A stretch of 5,660 nt of DNA from Candidatus Vampirococcus lugosii (GTDB lineage Bacteria > Patescibacteriota > Gracilibacteria > Absconditabacterales > Absconditicoccaceae). A model generated the notes under the pieces. That model ran no database searches and had not been told where the DNA came from. It saw only the letters and a program-made list of their open reading frames with translations. Positions 1 through 5,660 of the stretch are shown piece after piece (position 1 is the stretch's first letter; each line of letters begins with the position of its first letter). The stretch is from contig NZ_JAEDAM010000060.1 in NCBI RefSeq assembly GCF_018420025.1, forward strand, positions 1 through 5,660. Direction: 5' to 3'. Made by a program: the position numbers and the translations under genes.

Positions 1-281
1 TATATATAACTTTTTTATAATAAAGAAATTAATACTTTTTTCAAGATTTCATACAAGTAAAGACAGCTTCAAGATTATCATTAAAAACTAAAGCAGTTTC
101 TAAAACATAAGCATTATTTATCTCTTTACCTGTATTTAAATTTATAAAAAAGTAATATTTTATTATATTTTTCTGTTTATACAATTTTTTTATATTTTTT
201 TTTATTTGATTTTTTTAATTAAAAAATTATTATATTTGAACATAAAAAATAAATATTTTATATCATTAATTATCTATAAAA

Positions 282-971
282 ATGAATAAAAAAATATTTG
301 TATTATTTTCTTTGTTTGCTATACTGATTATTAGTTCTATATTAATCTGATTTTTTAATTATTTTAATATTATTAAAATTAATAAAGACTTAACCAAGTC
401 TTTGGATGAAATAAATTCTAAATTATCTTATAATTCAGAACAAAATTTTTCATCTGATGATGACAATATTGAAAATGATGATATTGAAAATGAAAATGAT
501 AATTATAATTATTATGAAAATAATAAAGATTTTGGATTAAATCAAGATGATTTATTTGATTCGTTTTTGGAAGAAAGAGATAGAATGTTTGATGAAAAAA
601 ATGAAATGTTTGATGATTTTTTTCAAAATTTGGATAATTCAAGATCTTTTGGTATGAATATTAATCCTAAATGATCAAATAATATGAGTTTTTCCAATAC
701 TTATATAAGAAATGGTGAAGTTTTTAAATATTCTATAAAAATTAATGATGATAAACTTTATTGATCACTTACTACAAAAAATGAAGATGAACTTACAAGA
801 TATTATGAATTATTAAATAAATTAGATTTGAATATAACTAAAGAATCTAATAAAATAGAATTTGATTGAAATTCTAAATATATGGATGAAGTATTAAAAA
901 TTTTTGGTAAAAATTTTGATTTTGAAATAGAGTCTAAAGATAAAAATAATTTGAATCCTAGAGAGTTTTAG
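282..971 (+). CDS. Hypothetical membrane-anchored or secreted protein with an acidic D/E/N-rich low-complexity linker (229 aa; four in-frame TGA read as sense)
   Basis: ATG at 282 is the first start after an in-frame TAA (267..269). The frame stays open to TAG at 969..971 if the TGAs at 348, 672, 762 and 867 are read through. It contains the track ORF 402..674 in the same frame. The N-terminus MNKKIFVLFSLFAILIISSILI(G)FFNYF is a hydrophobic signal or anchor with no lipobox Cys. It is followed by SSDDDNIENDDIENENDNYNYYENNKD and MFDEKNEMFDDFF, then a roughly 100-aa non-repetitive C-terminal domain. I recognise no family. Confidence 0.7.
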
Positions 972-1003
972 TTTTATATAAAAAATAATTTTAACTAAAA
1001 ATT

Positions 1004-1714
1004 ATGAAGGATTTAATTATAAATAATGAAAAAATTCCTATAAATATAATAAAAAGCCCAAAAAGAAAAAGTACTTTATCTTTTCGTATGACTTGTGATT
1101 GATTAATTATTAGAAGTCCAGTTGATAAAGTAGATAAATTAATAAATGAATTTTTATATAAAAGACAGGATTGGATTTATAAAAATTGGTTAGTTCAAAA
1201 GAATAATAAAACTGTTATCAAAAAATATGTTAGTTGAGAAACTTTTTTGTATAAAGGTAAAAAGTATATACTCAAAGTTATTCAATGAAATTATAAATGA
1301 TGTAAAATTGAATTTAATAATTCATTTTTTTTTGCATATATAGACGAAAATATTTCTGATAAAATTAAATGAAATTATATAAAACTTGAATTAGACAAGT
1401 GGTACAAAAATAAATCTAAAGAAATAATAAAAAAAGAAGCAGAAAAAATTATTAAATTATACAATTTTGATGTAAATAAAATAATTATTAAATCTTATAA
1501 GTCTAAATATGGGCAATGTAAGGCTAATGATATTTATTTTAATTATCTGATAATTAAATTTCCTTTATGAATTATAAAACATATTATTTTACATGAATTA
1601 TGTCATATTGAGCACAAAAATCATAGTAAAAATTTTTGGAATTTGTTATCAGTGTTGGACAAAAATTGTAAAGAAAACAGAAAATGGATCAAAGAAAATT
1701 GAAATTTAGATTAA
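1004..1714 (+). CDS. YgjP/DUF45-like (COG1451, M48-related) HExxH zinc metallopeptidase, 236 aa; seven in-frame TGA read as Gly
   Basis: ATG at 1004 is the first start after an in-frame TAA (992..994). The stop is TAA at 1712..1714. The motif HELCHIEHKNHSKNFW (HExxH at 1592..1606) matches the family signature HELxHxxxxNHSxxFW. Other family-like blocks are STLSFRMTCD(TGA)LIIRSP, YVS(TGA)ETFLYKGKKYILKV, KSKYGQC (family position R-W-G-S-C) and the C-terminal RKWIKEN(TGA)NL. The gene starts 32 nt after 282..971, so the two are probably co-transcribed. The family assignment is from memory of its motifs, not from a search. Confidence 0.85.
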
Positions 1715-1725
1715 AACTTCTGTAT

Positions 1726-2715
1726 TTACACCTCACCATATAAATAAAAACCTATTCCATCATCCAATAATAATTCCAATATTATATTAGATAATTTTGA
1801 TACTCTTTTACTATGTCATGGACTATAAGTTAGATCAAAAACATCTATTAATTTAATCATCAATTCAATTCAATTAGCAAAATTCATATTTCAAGTAGTA
1901 TTAATAGTATTTATTATTTTTTGAAAACTAAAAAATTCAACTCATCATGGATTTAATCTTCATATATTATTTGTCAAATATTTTGTTATTTCAATATTTG
2001 ATTTAGGAGTTTTATTAAAATTAATTAATCTATTAAAAAAACAATCCTTATTATTTTTATCTATAACATTTTTATATAAATATATAAGATTTTTTGATTC
2101 AATAGTATTTGTCTTTTTTATAACTTCCATACTTTTTTTATCAAAAATTTTTTGATAAGAATTTAAGTCAATTTCATAAGTTTCAAAATTCATTCAAGAT
2201 AAATTTACTAATTCATTATATAATTGTTTAACATAAAAAGATAATGATATTATCATAGATAAAAATAAAATAGAAGTTTTTGGGATTCATATATTTTCTT
2301 TATCCAAAATAATTCATAAAATACCATCCGTATTTTTATTTGACAAAACAGAATATAATTCATCAGAAACATGTATTTTCAAAATATTACTACATAAACT
2401 TTTTAAATAATTAAATAAATCTGCTGGAGTCTCTCACATAAATATATCTTCCAATAAAGAATCTATTTCAGTTTTTAAAGAATTTATATTTTTTTCCAAC
2501 TCACCTAAAGCCAATAAATCCAAATTTGTTGATATACAATATAAATTGTATTGTATTTTTGATGCTATATCAACCAATAAATAATAATATTTATTTCTAT
2601 TTATAACTTCTTTATTATATTCTACATTTTTATTATATTCAAATATTTGTTTATCTTTTTCAGATATAGAATTATTTTCATTTGTATGATTATCTTCTTT
2701 AACCTCAATTTCCAA
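1726..2715 (-). CDS. Hypothetical protein (core gene B, about 329 aa from TTG 2715); start uncertain, no recognised family
   Basis: One minus-strand frame is open from 2895 down to TAA at 1726..1728 once the in-frame TGAs are read through (10 downstream of 2715). It joins the track ORFs 2434..2715 and 1960..2193, which are in the same frame. In DNA this A+T-rich, TAA/TAG should occur by chance every dozen or so codons, so a run of more than 330 codons is strong coding evidence. Candidate starts are TTG 2715 (7 nt after the upstream gene's stop) and ATG 2811 (an 89-nt overlap). Alternatively there is no independent start if this is fused to gene A by a frameshift. The last 12 codons (DGIGFYLYGEV*) lie inside IR-L. 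Confidence 0.7.
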
Positions 2716-3897
2716 TGCATTATTAAATATTTCATTTCAAAAATCATTTTCTCATATAAGATAATATAATGTTCCAAAAAAAATTATATACAAGTAAATC
2801 AGTATTTTCATCACAACAAATATTTCAAGATATATACATATCAAAATATTTATCCAAAACTTTTTTATTATATTTATTAATATGATTTGAAGAACCTAAT
2901 TTAAAGATTAATAATAATCTAAAAATTTGAATAAAAAATTCTGATGAATTTAATTTATCTTTATTTTTTATTAAATTAAAATCAATATTTTCATCCAGAT
3001 TTCAATCTGATGATTTTATCATTTTTATTCATGATAATATTTTATTTCTATATTTTTCAAAAAGAGACATAGTAAAATTAAATCATCTACTAAAATTAGT
3101 ATCTGTTTTGGAAAGTATTTTACTAAATCTTCTAAAAATATCTAATTCAGAAGCAGATAAAAAATAATGTAAATATAAATTAGTATCATAATCAAGTAAT
3201 TCAGATAATGTTGATTTAGCATCTTTTAAATTATTTTCAATACTACTTAATGAATTTGTCAATATAGGTCATTTAAATTTACAAATTTCATTTCATAAAA
3301 AAGCATTATCTTTTACAGAATTTAAATATGAATTATATTTATCAATTTGTATATTATAAACTTGTTCAATATTATCAAATATATTTTTCATATAAGAAAA
3401 AAATGTTTCATTATCTGTAAATCATTCTTTCTCATAAAAATATTTAAAAAATGTGTGTCTTTTGTTTGAAGGAATTATATTTAATATATTCTTTATTTTA
3501 GTATCAATTAAGATAAAAGAATTATTATCCAATGATTCCAAATTGTAATAATCTATTGCATTATTTAATTCTATAACTTGAACTCTTGCTTTATTAAAAT
3601 CAAATCATAATTCATTATTTAGTTCTATATTTCAATCATTTTCATAAATTCTATCACTTAATTCTATATTATTCATACAATATATTTAACTATTTTAAAT
3701 AAATTATTATTTATCTATTGTATAATAATATTATTCATATTTTCAAGTTTATTTTTACTTGTAATGTTAATTTATATAATATTTTAATTTTTTTATTAAA
3801 AAATATGGAAAATTTTGGAGTTTGCTCTAAATAGCTGTTTATGCTGAATTTTCAAATATTATTTCAATAAGAAATTCAAAATTTGAAGAAAATGCTA
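1764..3897. other. Unique core segment (2,134 bp) between the inverted arms
   Basis: This is the only part of the window without a mirror partner. It holds gene A, most of gene B and a 221-bp non-coding stretch (3677..3897) upstream of gene A. Confidence 0.9.
2723..3676 (-). CDS. Hypothetical protein (core gene A, 317 aa; 11 in-frame TGA read as Gly); no recognised family
   Basis: ATG at 3676..3674 is the first start after an in-frame TAA (3686..3688). The frame is open to TAA-TAA at 2725..2720. It is absent from the ORF track only because TGAs cut it into short pieces. My hand translation begins MNNIELSDRIYEND(G)NIELNNEL(G)FDFNKARVQVIELNNAIDYYN and includes ...NLYLHYFLSASELDIFRRFSKILSK...EFFIQIFRLLLIFKLGSSNHINKY... 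It looks helical and N/K/D/E/I/F-rich, and I see no catalytic motif I can name. Confidence 0.75.
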
Positions 3898-3935
3898 ATG
3901 ATGGAATAGGTTTTTATTTATATGGTGAGGTGTAA
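3898..3935 (+). pseudogene. Orphan duplicate of the 3' end of core gene B (12 codons plus TAA) at the inner edge of IR-R
   Basis: The + strand reads (a)at gat gga ata ggt ttt tat tta tat ggt gag gtg taa, which is identical to the gene B tail in IR-L. The frame is open upstream only to a TAA at 3828..3830 and contains no ATG, GTG or TTG start. Confidence 0.5.
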
Positions 3936-3946
3936 ATACAGAAGTT

Positions 3947-4657
3947 TTAATCTAAATTTCAATTTTCTTTGATCCATTTTCTGTTTTCTTTACAATTTTT
4001 GTCCAACACTGATAACAAATTCCAAAAATTTTTACTATGATTTTTGTGCTCAATATGACATAATTCATGTAAAATAATATGTTTTATAATTCATAAAGGA
4101 AATTTAATTATCAGATAATTAAAATAAATATCATTAGCCTTACATTGCCCATATTTAGACTTATAAGATTTAATAATTATTTTATTTACATCAAAATTGT
4201 ATAATTTAATAATTTTTTCTGCTTCTTTTTTTATTATTTCTTTAGATTTATTTTTGTACCACTTGTCTAATTCAAGTTTTATATAATTTCATTTAATTTT
4301 ATCAGAAATATTTTCGTCTATATATGCAAAAAAAAATGAATTATTAAATTCAATTTTACATCATTTATAATTTCATTGAATAACTTTGAGTATATACTTT
4401 TTACCTTTATACAAAAAAGTTTCTCAACTAACATATTTTTTGATAACAGTTTTATTATTCTTTTGAACTAACCAATTTTTATAAATCCAATCCTGTCTTT
4501 TATATAAAAATTCATTTATTAATTTATCTACTTTATCAACTGGACTTCTAATAATTAATCAATCACAAGTCATACGAAAAGATAAAGTACTTTTTCTTTT
4601 TGGGCTTTTTATTATATTTATAGGAATTTTTTCATTATTTATAATTAAATCCTTCAT
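3947..4657 (-). CDS. YgjP/DUF45-like HExxH zinc metallopeptidase; identical second copy in IR-R
   Basis: Exact mirror (5661-x) of 1004..1714, so the same motifs apply. Confidence 0.85.
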
Positions 4658-4689
4658 AATTTTTAGTTAAAATTATTTTTTATATAAAA

Positions 4690-5379
4690 CTAAAACTCTC
4701 TAGGATTCAAATTATTTTTATCTTTAGACTCTATTTCAAAATCAAAATTTTTACCAAAAATTTTTAATACTTCATCCATATATTTAGAATTTCAATCAAA
4801 TTCTATTTTATTAGATTCTTTAGTTATATTCAAATCTAATTTATTTAATAATTCATAATATCTTGTAAGTTCATCTTCATTTTTTGTAGTAAGTGATCAA
4901 TAAAGTTTATCATCATTAATTTTTATAGAATATTTAAAAACTTCACCATTTCTTATATAAGTATTGGAAAAACTCATATTATTTGATCATTTAGGATTAA
5001 TATTCATACCAAAAGATCTTGAATTATCCAAATTTTGAAAAAAATCATCAAACATTTCATTTTTTTCATCAAACATTCTATCTCTTTCTTCCAAAAACGA
5101 ATCAAATAAATCATCTTGATTTAATCCAAAATCTTTATTATTTTCATAATAATTATAATTATCATTTTCATTTTCAATATCATCATTTTCAATATTGTCA
5201 TCATCAGATGAAAAATTTTGTTCTGAATTATAAGATAATTTAGAATTTATTTCATCCAAAGACTTGGTTAAGTCTTTATTAATTTTAATAATATTAAAAT
5301 AATTAAAAAATCAGATTAATATAGAACTAATAATCAGTATAGCAAACAAAGAAAATAATACAAATATTTTTTTATTCAT
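4690..5379 (-). CDS. Hypothetical membrane-anchored acidic low-complexity protein; identical second copy in IR-R
   Basis: Exact mirror of 282..971. It contains the track ORF 4987..5259(-), which is identical to 402..674(+). Confidence 0.7.
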
Positions 5380-5660
5380 TTTTATAGATAATTAATGATA
5401 TAAAATATTTATTTTTTATGTTCAAATATAATAATTTTTTAATTAAAAAAATCAAATAAAAAAAAATATAAAAAAATTGTATAAACAGAAAAATATAATA
5501 AAATATTACTTTTTTATAAATTTAAATACAGGTAAAGAGATAAATAATGCTTATGTTTTAGAAACTGCTTTAGTTTTTAATGATAATCTTGAAGCTGTCT
5601 TTACTTGTATGAAATCTTGAAAAAAGTATTAATTTCTTTATTATAAAAAAGTTATATATA

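Larger units (their letters stand above)
1..1763. repeat. Inverted repeat, left arm (IR-L), 1,763 bp; exact reverse complement of 3898..5660
   Basis: Base x pairs with base 5661-x. I reverse-complemented blocks 1-300, 961-1020, 1261-1320 and 1621-1763 by hand and found no mismatch with their partners. The track ORFs 402..674(+) and 4987..5259(-) give identical 90-aa proteins. Pairing stops at 1763/3898: 1764-1765 are 'cc', and their would-be partners 3896-3897 are 'ta'. Confidence 0.95.
3898..5660. repeat. Inverted repeat, right arm (IR-R), 1,763 bp; exact reverse complement of 1..1763
   Basis: Same comparison as IR-L. The arm carries mirror copies of both arm genes and of the last 12 codons plus stop of the core gene 1726..2715. 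Confidence 0.95.

Noticed and set aside
236-264. Sigma70-like promoter upstream of 282..971: TTGAAC, 17 nt, TATATC
   Set aside because: In sequence this A+T-rich, such hexamer pairs occur everywhere. The -10 matches only 4 of 6 positions, and promoter consensus for table-25 lineages is not established. I cannot support it from sequence alone.
418-642. Track ORF 418..642(-), 74 aa, and its mirror 5019..5243(+)
   Set aside because: It is antisense to the D/E/N-rich low-complexity part of 282..971. Its translation (H/F/Y/N/Q runs such as HFHFQYHHFQYCHH) is the typical shadow of a GAA/GAT/AAT-rich frame. It also lies wholly inside a much longer, better-supported ORF.
402-674. Treating the track ORFs (402..674, 1960..2193, 2434..2715) as separate small genes under the standard code
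   Set aside because: Each ends at a TGA, and the same frame continues with coding-like sequence on both sides. The peptidase motifs are only assembled when TGA is read through. 402 is an internal TTG of the ORF that starts at ATG 282.
1004-1714. Mollicute or mitochondrial table 4 (TGA=Trp), suggested by the very low G+C
   Set aside because: TGAs fall on family-conserved Gly positions, while the conserved Trp positions use TGG. TGA=Trp would give roughly 4-5% Trp and almost no Gly in every gene. In a table-4 genome this A+T-rich I would also expect TGG to be nearly absent, yet the peptidase uses it five times.
1861-1875. Tandem 'caatt' x3 microsatellite
   Set aside because: It has only three units, lies inside the gene B coding frame, and is within chance expectation for this composition.
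3831-3935. A 35-codon open frame on the + strand running into the duplicated gene B tail, with a faint 'SNII' resemblance to gene B upstream of the repeat
   Set aside because: It has no ATG, GTG or TTG start. With only TAA and TAG as stops, 22 extra open codons are not unusual by chance. The resemblance is four residues in low-complexity sequence.
1-5660. Composite transposon or IS element, suggested by the inverted repeats flanking cargo
   Set aside because: Neither the arms nor the core encode a transposase- or integrase-like protein. I see no DDE, HUH, tyrosine-recombinase or serine-recombinase signature. The arms carry ordinary-looking genes, and no target-site duplication can be assessed because the window ends with the repeat.
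1-5660. CRISPR arrays, tRNA, rRNA and other structured RNA genes
   Set aside because: There are no regularly spaced direct repeats. No segment has enough G+C to form tRNA- or rRNA-like stems, and nothing resembles conserved rRNA or tRNA sequence blocks.

Overview
The window is extremely A+T-rich (about four-fifths A+T by eye). End to end it is a perfect foldback. Bases 1..1763 are the exact reverse complement of 3898..5660 (x pairs with 5661-x), and they flank a 2,134-bp unique core (1764..3897).

The six-frame track looks nearly empty only because TGA is a sense codon here. Reading through TGA gives four distinct genes in six copies. Each arm carries a membrane-anchored acidic protein (282..971 +, mirrored at 4690..5379 -) and a YgjP/DUF45-type HExxH zinc metallopeptidase (1004..1714 +, mirrored at 3947..4657 -). 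The core carries two long minus-strand ORFs with no recognisable family (2723..3676 and 1726..2715). They meet at an A8/T8 tract and may be one frameshifted gene.

TGA falls on conserved glycine positions of the peptidase family, while its conserved Trp positions use TGG. Amino-acid composition is only sensible with TGA=Gly. This points to translation table 25 (Gracilibacteria / Absconditabacteria-SR1, or a mobile element or phage of theirs) rather than Mycoplasma-type table 4.

I see no rRNA, tRNA, CRISPR array, transposase, recombinase or polymerase. No start codon has a Shine-Dalgarno-like motif upstream.

The main open question is whether the foldback is biological or an artefact. Biological options are long terminal inverted repeats of a small linear element, or a flip-flop or duplicated segment. 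Artefact options are one template switch during amplification, or an assembly-graph path A-B-rc(A). The sequence alone cannot decide this.
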